Part shown: piece by piece, positions 19,070 through 32,106 of the stretch | How positions within the stretch are numbered: position 1 is the first letter of the stretch | How the letters are laid out: each line of letters opens with the position of its first letter | Origin: Macrostomum lignano | Taxonomy: Eukaryota | Direction: 5' to 3' | Assembly (NCBI GenBank): GCA_002269645.1 | Contig: NIVC01000291.1 | Span: 696,229-760,228 of the forward strand | DNA: 64,000 nt | Made by a program: the position numbers and the translations under genes | The notes under the pieces: model-generated | Told to the model about the DNA's origin: nothing | Database searches by the model: none | What the model saw: only the letters and a program-made list of their open reading frames with translations

Positions 19070-22000
19070 TCAGCTGGCACAACGCTTCCGAGCACTCATT
19101 GAACTCTTGTGCTGACTGTAAAACTTCACATCCTTGGTCACCTCGGCGATGTCGAAGTAGTTCGGCCTCCGCTTGGACCACCTGTAGCCGAGGTGCAGGA
19201 AGAGGTGGCGGCCCACGGTTTCCGGGCCCGTCAGGTCGTGCTTCCAGTTGCGCTCCGCGTACCGCCTGCACAGCTGCAGCCGCCTGTCGTGCAGCCGCTT
19301 GGCGGCGGCGTCGGTCGACTTCGGACTGGCTGGAAAACAAAGCGCAGATTGCAGTGAAACTCGAGCTGGCAGGGCATGCGAGCCGTGCTGTGCACCGCAC
19401 ATCTTGTAGATCTGCAACCCAGACCCTGAGGCCAGTGCGATTGGGCCTCATGAGTGACCGAGACACAGTTAGAGTGACAGACATGGGTTTAGAGTGACTG
19501 ACATATTAGTTGGAGTGACCGACACTGTGGATTAGAGTGACAGACACTGTGGATTAGAGTGACCTAGATGCTGTGGATTAGAGTGACAGACACTGTGGAT
19601 TAGAGTGACCGACACTGTGGATTAGAGTGACCGACACTGTGGATTAGAGTGACCGACACTGTGGATTAGAGTGACCGACACTGTGGATTAGAGTGACCGA
19701 CACTGTGGATTAGAGTGATTGACATATGAGTTGAAGTGACCGACACTGTGGATTAGAGTGACCGACACTGTGGATTAGAGTGACCGACACTGTGGATTAG
19801 AGTGACCGACACTGTGGATTAGAGTGACCGACACTGTGGATTAGAGTGACCGACACTGTGGATTAGAGTGATTGACATATGAGTTGAAGTGACCGACACT
19901 GTGGATTAGAGTGACCGACACTGTGGATTAGAGTGACCAAGACACTGCGAGTTAAAGTTACCAAGACAGTGTGGATTAGAGTGACCAAGACACTGCGAGT
20001 TAAAGTTACCAAGACACTGTGGATTAGAGTGACCAAGACACTGCGAGTTAAAGTTACCAAGACACTGTGGATTAGAGTGACCAAGACACTGCGAGTTAAA
20101 GTTACCAAGACACTGTGGATTAGAGTGACCAAGACACTGCGAGTTAAAGTTACCAAGACACTGTGGATTAGAGTGACCGAGATGCTGTGTGCAGGGTTAG
20201 GTGAGATCGACCAGCTGTAACCACAAGTTGTGCGATTCGTCGGCAACGTGGAATGATCGAATCAATCGGAGCAACTAAAATAGAATCGACACACAAAAAA
20301 GAGTGACAAAAATGCACAGAATAATGACCCTTGCACCTTACTGACTGTTGGTTATTCAAGGAGCGAAGGGCAGCTGAAGCGGGATTCCAATGAAAGCAAG
20401 CAGAAATGAAAATCACCATCAAAGCGACTCACAGCTCTCCAAAGTTCTGCACTTGCTCCTGAAGTGATGTAAACCGTCGTCAATCAGCGGGCTGAACACC
20501 GGCGGGTTCAGCAGCGTCACCTCGTGCCTTCTGGTGGCGTTGTCTGTACACCAGCTCTGCAGCTGGCTGGTGAGCAGGTCGGGACCCGTGGTCGGGCCGG
20601 CGCCTCCCGTCTTGTCGTCCACTTCCATCATGGCGAACACGAGACGCAGGAAGAACGGGTGTCCGGGCACGGATCCCATGGCGCTGTTCATGGCGCTGAA
20701 GTCCTTGCCGTAGAGAATCACAGCGTGCTCCTTGGCCTCCTGGTCCACGAAGGCCGTGAGGTTTTCGAGGCTCGGGAAGAACGGCTTCACGCACTCGACG
20801 TCCATGTCGATGTAGATGCCTGCGGGTCACGGATGTTGGAGGAGCACCGTCGGCTTCCATTGGAATGGATTCTGGGTAGCTACAAGCTAAGCAGAGAAAT
20901 GATAATTCAGTCGGCTGTTACTCAGCTGAGGCGTGCGAACGCTCACCTCCGTAATGATGCAGAACCATGTAGCGGATGCTGTCTGCTCGCTGCACGTGCA
21001 TCTTGAAGATGAGGAACTTCCGCATGAAGAATGGGTAGTTGTCATTGATGAAGGCAACGATGTCCTTGTCGGTCCACAGGTAGTACTCCCAGTCGGGGTT
21101 CAGCTTGAGGCAGTGCTCAATGTACTTCCGGTATTCAGTGAAGACTCGCCGAGTCGTGAAAGTCTGGTGAATGATCTTGGGAATCGCTCCAGGTGTAACT
21201 GGGCGCGGTTCGAAAGGTATTGCGATGTCTCTAAAGTCCAGTTCGGGAGGCCCTTCGTCAGTATTACGATTGTAGGCCAGGATGGCAACGACCTGCAACG
21301 ATTTGAATGAAACTAAGGATCTTCCAAATGTCTCTGGCAGTTAAACTTTGTCAAATTAGAAACCCTAATGGTTTTATTGATGGATTTTGGGCTATTCTGT
21401 ATTGACAGTTCATGTCTCAGGGCACAGCACACGGTTGGCTCCATCTCAAGCACTCTGCATGGCCCCTGATCAAAGCCAGCCCTAGTCAGAGTTACAAGCC
21501 AGCATGATGTGACCAAGCTGTTAAAAATGACCAGTAAGTAAGCCATAGTAGATTTTGTGCATGGTTTTGGAGTTCGGAAATGACTTAACAGTGGCGTAAC
21601 AGTCGTACATTGCTCAATGTGCGCATCAACTGTATGATTGTGACAAGGATGAAGGGAGAGTTGCTGTGATACCTAACATCAAGGAGGCTGAGATCTATGG
21701 CAGAATATTCTGGAGACTTATTTTCCCTTCATTTGTTGGCTCCGAACGAGCGGCTGAAACTGCTAGTAAAAATGCTAGTAAATATACTGAGACTTCAGAC
21801 AGAGCACACCCAGTCACACGACAGGTTAAGGTAGCATCACACCCAAACAATCTCATTCTTGACCAGCTGTGGAAGAGGAATTAAACTTGGGGTTTCCTGA
21901 GACGAGGGCTCGGACCGGAAGGTGAGAACATGTAGGCATAGTATAATTGTGCTAATGACAGTAGTAGGCACAGAATACACCAGAATGCTCAATCGACCGG

Positions 22001-23823
22001 TCGATTGAGGTATGATCGGAACTTAAAGGTGTGTCCTCGAAATGGAAACAACCAAATTGACACTCATCATCACCTGGTTCATCATTCGCCTAGAGAATGT
22101 AGATAACTCGTATTATTATGTAGTTTTGTGCAAATTTCAAATGCTATTATAGAGCTTCTGCAGTAAGTAGTGAAAATAAGTGAAATAATGTATATTACTT
22201 ATTTATTCTTCATCTCAGGAGTAATATCCATGGCTTTTTATTTCGAATTTAGATAAACGAGCTGATTGGGAGTTCTGTATTCTAGTAGGCGCAGGAGAGA
22301 AAATGAGTCATTCTGCTGCATTTTTTCATCGTAAATTTCGGGTTATTTTGACAAGTAACCCGAAAACTGCAAAATCAGGCAATAAGCTTCAGCTACACAG
22401 TAAGCTTTTGTACATGTTTATAAAATAAGAATAAGGTTTAAGGTTCAAGGGATCATCGCATCAAGAAAATGCAGCCTTATGATCAGGGCAGATGCTCACA
22501 CCTACGGCGCTGTCTGCGTACTTGTGCATGTATCAGTGTGGAGTGCATGTCTTTTGGACAGCTAAAGTACACGGTGCTGCACTTCACTGGAGCCTGCTTT
22601 TGCTGCAAAATGCAGTACATACGCTCGTATGATATGTATCGAGATGCATTGTAGAAAGTAAGCTTTTTGTTGTTTAACCAATTGATAAATATATCACACT
22701 CTGAGCAAGTTTATCAATATAGACATCAAACAAAACTGATACTTGCTGATTCACAAAGCTTACGGGGGGAATTGCTGAGACGTCAAGGCTTACAGATGGA
22801 ATTTGTCAAGGTCAGAAGCCACACGTAGTTTATACAAAAATTTGTATTCCATTCTTTGTCGGCTCCCCAACGGGGGGCGCTGATTGCTAGTTTGGTGCTA
22901 AAAACAGAAGACTTACCTTCTTGCAAATGTTTTTGCAGTTTTTACAAATTAATTCTGAAAGAACTCTTGGGAAATGATTTTGAGAAAGCTTGGCTCAACT
23001 TGGCCTCCCAGTGCTGCAACAGAGCGGACCAGTGCTGACAGCCCCTGCTCAGTGAATACCTGCATTGCCCGTGCTAACGGAAGAATTGCGCTCGCCCACT
23101 TCACTCTGCAGCCGGAGAATCGACATGAGCAGCCTGGCAAGCAGAAGCGAGCCGTTGCTCTGCTGTTGTTGACTTCAAGCACACAAACTCATTAATGCAC
23201 AGGTAAATACAAGCTTTTGGCTTACAGTTGAAGCTGCTCAGCTGCGGGGCTAGAATCAACTGCGTAGAGCACTACATGTACTCAGCTTAGACGACTCCAA
23301 GTTTTACCGCATGTTTGAGCAGGCGAGCGCATTTTCGTGTGAGTAAATAACTAGATTTCTCGCTTAGATGGGCTTCTCAGAGCTAGAGAGTGAGCTCATA
23401 GTTGCATGAATACGGCATAATGTGTAAAAAGCTCATTAGAGTGTAAAATGCATTCTGTAGTTAGGTCGCTTGTTTGTGGGATTTGTTAAAAGCTTACAGC
23501 GGAACTACTGTGCTATCTGACTAAATATTACCTTGATTCTGTCACCTATGGCCTCAATAAATAGTAAATATGCTGGATTTGAAGAATCCAAACAGTGAGA
23601 ATGCAGGGATGGGCTATTATAAATATAGCTTAGTGATCATGCCCACACAATGGAGTAGCGGAATGAAATGGCCATCATGGATGCAAATTGTCAAAATAAC
23701 TTGTCCAGCTCATGGCCAACTGGTAGCGAGAGAGCATGACTCAAGCAGGGGGCTTACCAGCAGAGCAGTCAGCAAAGCGACCACTTTGAAACGGTAGGTC
23801 GATCTGAACAGCACGCGCGCCAT
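19070..23823 (-). CDS. GT32 glycosyltransferase paralog B. Exons 23823-23758, 21292-20947, 20819-20433, 19329-19070; 352 aa
   Basis: Exon lengths are identical to paralog A (66/346/387/260). Exon 1 MARVLFRSTYRFKVVALLTALL ends at a GTAAG donor. Same catalytic motifs as A. Confidence 0.87.
19470..20180. repeat. Expanded 21-bp minisatellite (GACACTGTGGATTAGAGTGACC) plus a dimeric variant with GACACTGCGAGTTAAAGTTACCAA, in intron 3 of GT32-B
   Basis: Direct observation. Confidence 0.93.
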
Positions 23824-24577
23824 GAGCCAGGAGACGCTACTCCGCAGGTGCAACTTGCGAGAGCAACACAGTACTGGATGGAGGCGGCAATACAAGATAC
23901 ATATAGCTAGCGTTTGAGTACAGAGCTCAGTACTCTGGGGACTCAACGGGATCAAATTTCGGGCAGAAATGCCACCGCACTCCGTCTTCCCAATTGTCAT
24001 ATGCACCCCTGCCGGATTGGCCCAGCCTCCGTGGCAAGTGTACGTTACTCATTCCCTGCTCTTACTTTCCTCCCTACCTACTGCAGCCTTTCTGCTCTGC
24101 TCTTACTGACTCAAGCACGCCCTACTGCTTCATCGCTCTGCTACACTACCTGAGGAGGAATTTGACCAAAGCTCCGTCCTGCTCAGTGCTTGCTAAAGTG
24201 AAGAAAGCCGCACGCCCTCCCTGCGCTCAGCCAAGGAGTTCCAGAACCTGAGTCTGGAGTGCAAAACCCCATTTTCAGATTTTTCAGACTTTCGAAAACG
24301 CATAACGCTGAATGGGATTTCGATCGGGATAGACATATTCCATTGTAAATAATATTGTCATAATGTGAGAAAATTCCGGGCGTCAATGTCGAGAATTCCG
24401 GGCTCTGTGTTGTAACATACAAGAAGTTTTAAGTGTCTATGGCCATTCTTTCTCCTCATTTGTCAATTTAGTACCATAGACATATAGGCATAGGTATTTA
24501 TGGGCTTAGATTTACTGTAAAAGGAAAAAGAACGTCAGGATAAATTTTAATTTGTTAGCCTGCACCACGCTTCAAAC

Positions 24578-25355
24578 ATGATCAATCACTTAATCAATTA
24601 TTCAAATTTGCCTGGAGAAGTTGTATCTGGTATGTCGACTGAAGAGCTGGCCTGGATTTCAGCGGAGTCAAACAGCCGGTATTTGGAGGAATTGAGCAAG
24701 GAATTCGCGGACAACATCGAATCAGAAGAGAGTCTCGACCTTCCAGACGACGTGATTGAAGAGCTAAATGAGCTAGAACGCGGTGGTATACCCGATTCTT
24801 CTGTTCGGCAGATGGAGGACAATATAAACCGTTTAAAGAGATTTCTGGAAGATAACAAGCTGTCAACTGATCTATTACTAATTCCAAAGTCTATTTTGGC
24901 TAATTATCTGCGCTTCTTCTATTTGAGACTGAGAACAAAGGACAATCTGTACTATGCTCCAGCAAGTCTGATCAGCGTTCGAGCAGGACTGCATCGCTTC
25001 TTCTGTCTAAGCCGTCCGGATATTAATATTACATTGCCTTTGCCAGTGCCAATCGGATGCTGGTATCAATGGTGCGGGAGTACAAGCTGACTAATCAGCC
25101 TAAATCTCGAGAGGTTGAGAAGAGTGATCTACAGAAGATGATAAATTATTTTGACAGGTCTAATGGAGTCGTACTGCAAGACGAAGTCATGTTTTGACAT
25201 CCAATTTACTATACTTTGGATTGCGTGGATGAGAAACTCTTACCAACTCTAACTAAAGAAAGCTTCGCGTTTCTACAAGATTCTGAGGGGCGCGACTATG
25301 TCGCCCTGAATCATGACCTGAGTAAGAACTCAAGGGCATCTCTGAAGAACGTTTG
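24578..25355 (+). pseudogene. Crypton-type tyrosine recombinase relic (DUF3504-like), truncated and frameshifted
   Basis: LNELERGGIPDSSVRQMEDNINRLKRFL...LANYLRFFYLRLRTKDNLYYAPASLISVRAGLHRFF matches the Crypton core-binding domain pattern. Broken frames downstream give FGLRG*E (normally FGxRGRE, with the catalytic Arg region) and DSEGRDYV. The C-terminal HxxR/Tyr part is absent. Confidence 0.72.
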
Positions 25356-25380
25356 ATTTTAAAGGCCTGAAAAACCAAGT

Positions 25381-25578
25381 ATAAGATATTCTATGGATTT
25401 GAGGTCGGTATGTGATTAAATACCGACCGAATTTAAGTGAAATACCGACCGAAAAACCCATAGAATATCTTATTTAAACTACTTTAATTTTGCGGAATGT
25501 ATTCAGATAAATCCCGGAGCCATACTTGTATGTCTATGGTTGAAGTTGGGGATGGGGTGTGGGGGCGAAGCCCCCACA
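25381..25578. other. Two hairpin or inverted-repeat structures downstream of the Crypton relic
   Basis: 16-bp IR ATAAGATATTCTATGG (25381) / CCATAGAATATCTTAT (25458) enclosing GGTCGGTA...TACCGACC, and a 9-bp stem TGTGGGGGC-GAA-GCCCCCACA (25558-25578). Confidence 0.85.
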
Positions 25579-26854
25579 TTCTTACCATAGAGAAAATTTC
25601 ATTAAGAAATTTCTCGAGTCACGAAGGAAGAGAAGATAGAAGCTCGCTATATAGATACATACAATAATCCTCGCAATATGTCCGGGAAAGTGATCGATTA
25701 AATACCGCAAAATAAAATCTATGTCAATAACCTCCCTGAAAGTGAGCTTTAAAGTGGTTTAAATGTTCGTTACGTACCGGCCTTGTGAGTGTCTTCTGCT
25801 TCAGCTGTCCATGGAGTCGGCACTCCAGGCTCTGCTTCTACCAGGTCTCCTTGGCTCAGCTTGCTCAGGCTACAGGGAGGCAGTTCTGTACAGGACGCGT
25901 GGCCACACAAGGCTCTGGCTGTACGTTGCTGTCGCTTTCAATCCAAGCATGGAGAGAAAATCTGAGTGAAGTGCGCATGAAAAGGGATGAAAGCTTCTTG
26001 GGAAGGAGCAGTCGTGTGGGGGCTGCAGAGAAGCTATTGTAGAATTAGACTGGAAAACTGATTATTGCGTAAATGCGGAGTCAAAACATCTGACGCACGA
26101 TTGGTTACTACGAGCTATCACCTCAGGAAACAGGTTTATTTATTAGAGGCAAGGTGCTGGGTACATTGGCGCACTTAAAGCGACATTGTCACACAAGCGG
26201 CGAAAGTCATTGCTGCCCATTCCGCCGACTCCCCTGAGCAGGCACACTAGCGCGCAGATACGTACGCAGTCATCGAGCCGGGGCCGCTGGCACAAACAGA
26301 ACGCCGCGCCAGACCACGAGGCTCCAGGAGACCTGGACTGGCAAAAACAGCGAAAAGCCAAACAATCGATTTCTGACTATCTTTGAGACTGAAAGTAAAA
26401 CAACAGGCAATAGGCTTATCAGGCCATAAAATTTTGCGCATGAGCTTAGTCTGACTCTCTAAAAATGGCCCCCCATGAAGGCCAAATCGCCCATTCCTGA
26501 CACCATAAACTTCTAGTGGTCCTTGGCACTATCGCCTTACTTTGCGGCAGCGCCCCCGAAGCCCCCCGCAAACAAACTGACCAAGTCAACAGGCCACAAA
26601 CAGCTCTTAGTTATGCAAGGTGGGTGACAAAAATCTACGATATTCAAAACAGGTCTGTCAGCAGTTAAAAGTTTGTATTTATAAAAATGTGAGAAATAAC
26701 ACAGCAAACACGTGCAGAATTCTGGAGCGATTGTCACGCAAAGGACTAGCCAGAGCAGCTGAATTCCTGCAGCCGATGGGTGCCAAACCAAACAGCAGAC
26801 AATGCCGCAGCGTCAAAGAAGACCGACACCCACAGCGGACTCGAAGCTTCGCAG

Positions 26855-28700
26855 TCACTGAGGCGCAAATGCCGACATCTCCTCGTCAACGTCCGACGCG
26901 GTGGAGGTCGCCGAGGCGGCCGCGCAGGCGTGCACTTTGCGCCGCTTGCCGGTGAGGTGGCCGAGCTTGCTGGACACGATCCGCTTGCCCCGGCGGGCAT
27001 CGTCACCCGCGGCCAGCTCGGCGAACGGGTCGTCCGCTGCCGCTGCTGCTGCTATCGAAGAATCGACGAAAAATGTCGGCAGAAACGGGGCAGCGGCGGC
27101 TCCGGTGGAGCTCTTGGCTGAGGGCAGATCGCCGCGCTGCCGGTGCACCGCCGCCCGGATCGGCCGCGGGATCGCCGGCGAGGAGGCGGCGGCGGCAGCT
27201 ACGGATGACGAAGCCGTCAATGGCGGAGACAGCAGCGCCAACGTAGTCGCCAGGGCGGTGGGCGGGGCGTTGGAGGCGGGCGCGGCAGACGCGGTGGCTG
27301 CCGACGTTGCAAGGCTGTCGGCGTCGTCGAAGGCGTCAGCAATGCCGCAGCCCTGGAAGGCGGCCACAACGATGGCTTCGTCGTCCACTGCATCAAGGCT
27401 GGTGTCGCTGCCGCATCCGCCACCGAGACTGCCTTCGTCGTCGGCTTCAGCGCCGCTACCGCCGCCGCCGATGCCGCTGGACGCTGGTGAGCCGGGCGCC
27501 ACGGCAGCCGCCAACCTGCCAGCGGCCACCATGACCCGGTCTTGCCGCCCGTCGTCCTCATCATCCGGGCTCGAGCCGCCCGCCGTTGCTTTTTTCCGCT
27601 TTCGCGGCGGCCGCGGCGCCCCCCGGAGAGTCTGCGAAGCCGCCGCAGCCGCAGAGGCCGCGTCGACGAGCATCGGGCGCGGCTGCTTGTGGCGGACGCG
27701 AACCCGACGGGAGTGGCCACCGGCGGAGCGACCCGGCGCAGCCGACATCGCGGAAGCTGCGGCAGTTCCGGCAGCGGCGGCGGACAGGGCGGCGGGGTTT
27801 ACGGCTGTGCCGCCACTGCACTGAGGGGAAGCGGGCGCGGCGACTCCAGCAGCGAGTTCTGCTGAGTCCGCTGAGTCCAGTTGATGCTGCTGCTGCTGCG
27901 CCAAGGCCTGGCAACGAAGATGAGGTTTGCCACGTTCTGAGGATATTAAAAGTGCTTCCCAGTTTTGGGACCTAAGCAAGGCGCAGGTTTGAATTGGGGG
28001 CTGAAACTGCGATTGCCTACTAGAAGCAGTAGTAAGAAAAGAATGTGGAATTGTGTGTAAGAGTTTCGGCAGCGTAAAAGAGCTTCCTCAAGTCTGCGCT
28101 GCACATGCACACACACTGCCCTGCCTTCCCATAGACTCAAGCATGTACATTGTACATGCACACACTCTACCCTGCCTTCCCATAGACTCAGGCATGTACA
28201 CTGTACATGCACACACTCTACCCTGCCTTCCCATAGACTCAGGCATGTACATTGCGCATGCACACACTGCGCCTCGAGGTTCGGCGCTCATGGGTGTGAA
28301 TAGCAGGTGTCACTCCTGTCCCTCCTATATCTGCAGGTTTCACTATACTACTCAAAGTAGGCGGCCTCACCCGCAGACTAAGGTTGGCGAGCGCCCTGGC
28401 CGCCAGCGAGTCCTCGTCGGATTCGGCGGTGGCGGGCGTGGGCGCGGAGGCCGGGCTGGGCCGCAGGCCCCACTGCGGCGGGTGAACAGCGGCGAACCCG
28501 GCCTGCGCTGCCACCACGACGGCGGCTGTCGCGGAGGCGGGCAACGGCAGGCAGCCGCTGACATCGCAGCCGGAGGACTCGGAGCCGCCGTCAGCAGCCG
28601 CGTCCAGCTGCTGCTGCTGCCGAATCTGACTGGATCTCCGCCTGCTGCTGGAGGGCCTGAGCAGTGCAGGCAGTTGCTGAGCACCTGCCGTGTTGTCCAT
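26855..28700 (-). CDS. Ala/Ser-rich low-complexity, probably nuclear protein. Exons 28700-28371 and 27907-26855; about 460 aa
   Basis: Two GC-rich ORFs joined in phase 0 by CGG|GTGAGG ... CCAG|GCC, with basic clusters RKRKK and KRRK. No recognisable domain; upstream exons are possible. Confidence 0.55.
28100..28268. repeat. 51-bp tandem repeat x3 in the intron
   Basis: CATGCAC starts at 28104, 28155, 28206 and 28257. Confidence 0.9.
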
Positions 28701-28799
28701 TGGCTGATTGTGAGGCTGCAGAGAAAGCAGAGTTTGGATGGCTGTCAGTCATCATTGCAGCATAAAAAATCATGCAGCACTTCACATAGAATTTTAAAG

Positions 28800-31250
28800 C
28801 AATTGGCGATTTCAAATTTCCTTTGGGAAATCCCTTTGGGATTAACTTTAGGAAACTACTTTTTTAAATCAATTACAGATAGATAGATTGATAGATGCCT
28901 TGCAGCAGCTCATTTTAGATGATTTGATAGATGTAACTTTTATAGGCAATATATTTATCTTCAATAAATTTAATTGTCAAAACTGTGACAGCCAGAATGT
29001 ACACAACCAGCAAGCACCAGTGCAGCCACACTTGAAACCCCCCAACCTCTGTCTAGCTAAGGTGGGGTGTGTGCACCAGACTAGCTGGCTCGCTAAGCTG
29101 GGATGTTGGCAAAGTTTATCATGCTACCTTTTCTCACCCTTCTAGGCCCCTCAATTTTTCACAATTTGAAAATATAAATATACATGCAAAGTAGCAAAGT
29201 AGCACAAAATCTTCATTGCTATTCCATCTATTAAAATTAAAGGCCTTCTATAAGGCTTCAAAACTATAATGTAAATAAAAAATGAACACAATTAAATAAA
29301 AGCTGTATTAAAAAATCTAACAATAAATTTATCTTAAAATGATAAAAATAAATTGATAAAGACTTACCATACATATATCTGTAGAAACCTAAGGTTACAG
29401 TTTTTTATGTTTAATTTTGGTATAGCTAATTACATTATAAAATATATATATGCTAACTATGCAGTACATTAATATATATTTAAATGCAAAGGCAAGATTT
29501 TAATTTATAGCATTAATATGATTGCATACCTACCTAGATAGATAGATACTGACACCATTTTTAGTATATGGGTTTAAAAATGTTTTTAAATTTTAAAAAA
29601 GCTATACTTCTTTAAAAAAAGTTAAACTTATACGAATATGATATATGGACAAACAAACATTTTTGTATATGAAAAGATTTGAATTTAGGGAAAGGAGCAA
29701 CTTGTTTTGTTAGGCCTACTTGTAACTACTCTTCAAATTTTCAGACCTTATCTACTTGCAAATATTAGGAAGTGTTTGATGAATTAGTTATTTTGAAAGG
29801 GAAAAATAGAAATGAGCAACTAAGGATAATACTAAAAAGCATTAAGAACCAGATATTCCAAGACAAAGCTTAGTGTCATGACACACCAATCTTAGTAATG
29901 CCCTGGGCTAGCAATATTATATGCAACTTTATGTGACCTCATGACCCTTAGTAGTATACTACTAATAGTGCTAAGGCTTATAGAATTAGGCCAAAAATTA
30001 ATGAGGCCCTATAATAGAGTTTTACTATAGTTATGGATATTGAATTTTTAGACAGAATATATAGATATAAATATGGTATTATAAGAACATATATTTCTCA
30101 TCCATATCTAGTTCTTGTATCTAGTAATATCATTCAACTAAGACTTGAAAGACCACTAGTGTTATTGATTTAATGTAGATAGAGATAAATGAATGTTGCC
30201 AGTTTCAAAGTGAGAGGAACTTGTAAGTCCTTGCAATTTAGGAGTTAACTCTTAAGTAACAGACATGTTCATATTGTAGTTGGGTGGTAGGGGCTAGAGA
30301 GATGGTAGAAATAAGTTACTATAGGCCTAATGTTTTTGTTTTCACTTTCAAAGCAGATTTTAAGTCTCTATATGGATTTAGAGACTTAAACAATAGAGTT
30401 TCAATGCTATATACATATTGAGGTTGAGTGATGGAGGCTAATATTAAGATGAATGTTTTCAATTTTAGTGCAAAGGGGCTCTTAAGTCCTAGGGTTGAGG
30501 ACTTTTAATAGGCCCTATAAAAACTTTGGTGACACAAAACACAATGGTAGATATTTTAGAGATAGAAAAGTTACAACCAGTGAGACCATTGGGTAAAATA
30601 CCAAAAGTAGCGCAGCAGTGAATAAAAAGCGGAGACAATGTTTTAATGTCCTACTGCTCTAAAAAGACAAAAATTTATGACATGCTTTACTATTTTCTAA
30701 AGGTGACACTTAGATGTCTTAGTATATAGCTCGATTATTCTAAAATATGGCAGGCACTTTGGCAATCCCCATTTCAATAACAATTGCTAACAATATAACA
30801 GTATCTAGAGATAGGTGTCTAGTTCGGTGTTTAGAGATAGTCACTTACACAGTTAAATTTAACTAAGCCATTTTTATTTTATTTAAATCCAAATTGGGGC
30901 TGCCCTGGCCTAAGCAAAAAGTTTCTCAGAAAACAAAAAGTTCAAAAGTCGCTAATTTAAAATGTTTAAACAAACGGTCGATGAACATTACAAAGTCACA
31001 ACACAATAGATGTGTGAAAAACTTCTATTAGTGTTATTTGTACCGCTTTTAGTCTTTTAAATACTTGAAAATAATGTGCAAAGCATGTACGCTTACTGTT
31101 AATAGCTTTAGTTCAGTAACTAAAACCTTTGCTTTTGCTTGTGTCAACTAAAGAGTTAATCAATCAATTTTTTCGCAAACTCTCTATATAACACAGATTT
31201 TTAGGTGCTGCAATCATTAGATCTGAATTCTGTTAGGAAAACTGGTGTAG
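28800..31250. other. AT-rich, CpG-poor, ORF-free island
   Basis: No ORF of 60 aa or more between 29145 and 31284. Visibly AT- and TpA-rich with very few CG dinucleotides, unlike the flanks. Confidence 0.75.
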
Positions 31251-32106
31251 TCTACTATTCGGATCCAGTAGTCTACTACGTAAGTGTACAAGTACATGTA
31301 CGTGGTACATGTACGTAACATGCACTGTACATGTATACTACAAATGTACGTACATCTACATGTACTGCAGCATGTACTTCTGAATGCAGTCGCAAGTGTT
31401 CATGTATTTATTTTGCTCATTTTGTATGTTGTTATCCTCTGCACTAGGCTCTGGTTGTCACGGGTTTTTGTACGCGCAGACGAATACAATTTCATGCGCA
31501 CCTAATTATTTTATGATGGGGGCGCATGTTTGAGGAAGAAAGATCGACGACGCTATATTGTACATGTACTTCCCACGATATTCTGAATAAATTCGGAAAA
31601 CATAATGTACATGCAACTTTTGAGACCTAGACGCACATGACCTTGCTGTAATGGAACCGTTTTTTGAGGCACACTTTTACATGTAAATTGACGAAGAAGA
31701 AGTTTATACAAAGAGATTTGTTTTTAATGCCCGAAGTACATTTTTTACTGCACACAGTGCTCGCGTGTACTTTTAATACGGATAAGTGGCGTTGATTTAT
31801 CCGGCCGGGTTAGTACGCTAGTAAGTACAATACAGCGATTGCGGCATCAATTGCGCGAAGATCCCATCCAAAACTGAGAAAAATAAAGAGGAAACAAAAC
31901 AATTGAAAGGGGATAGTGGCTGTAAAAATCAAAACTTGGCGGTTGTCGAATTCGCATTGAAGAAGACGTTCCATTGCTAGTTTTTTAAACCGAGTCAGTA
32001 TTTCCGGATTATGGAGTACAGTAGTGTATCGTCTCCACGGCCTCTTTAACTGAACAGAAGTCCGTTTGTACTTTCCCATTGCTCATTAGAAACTCCGTAG
32101 GAAGTC

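Noticed and set aside
25225-25235. In-frame TGA in the Crypton FGLRG*E motif as recoding
   Set aside because: The surrounding frames are also broken and the gene is truncated, so simple decay from an Arg codon is sufficient.
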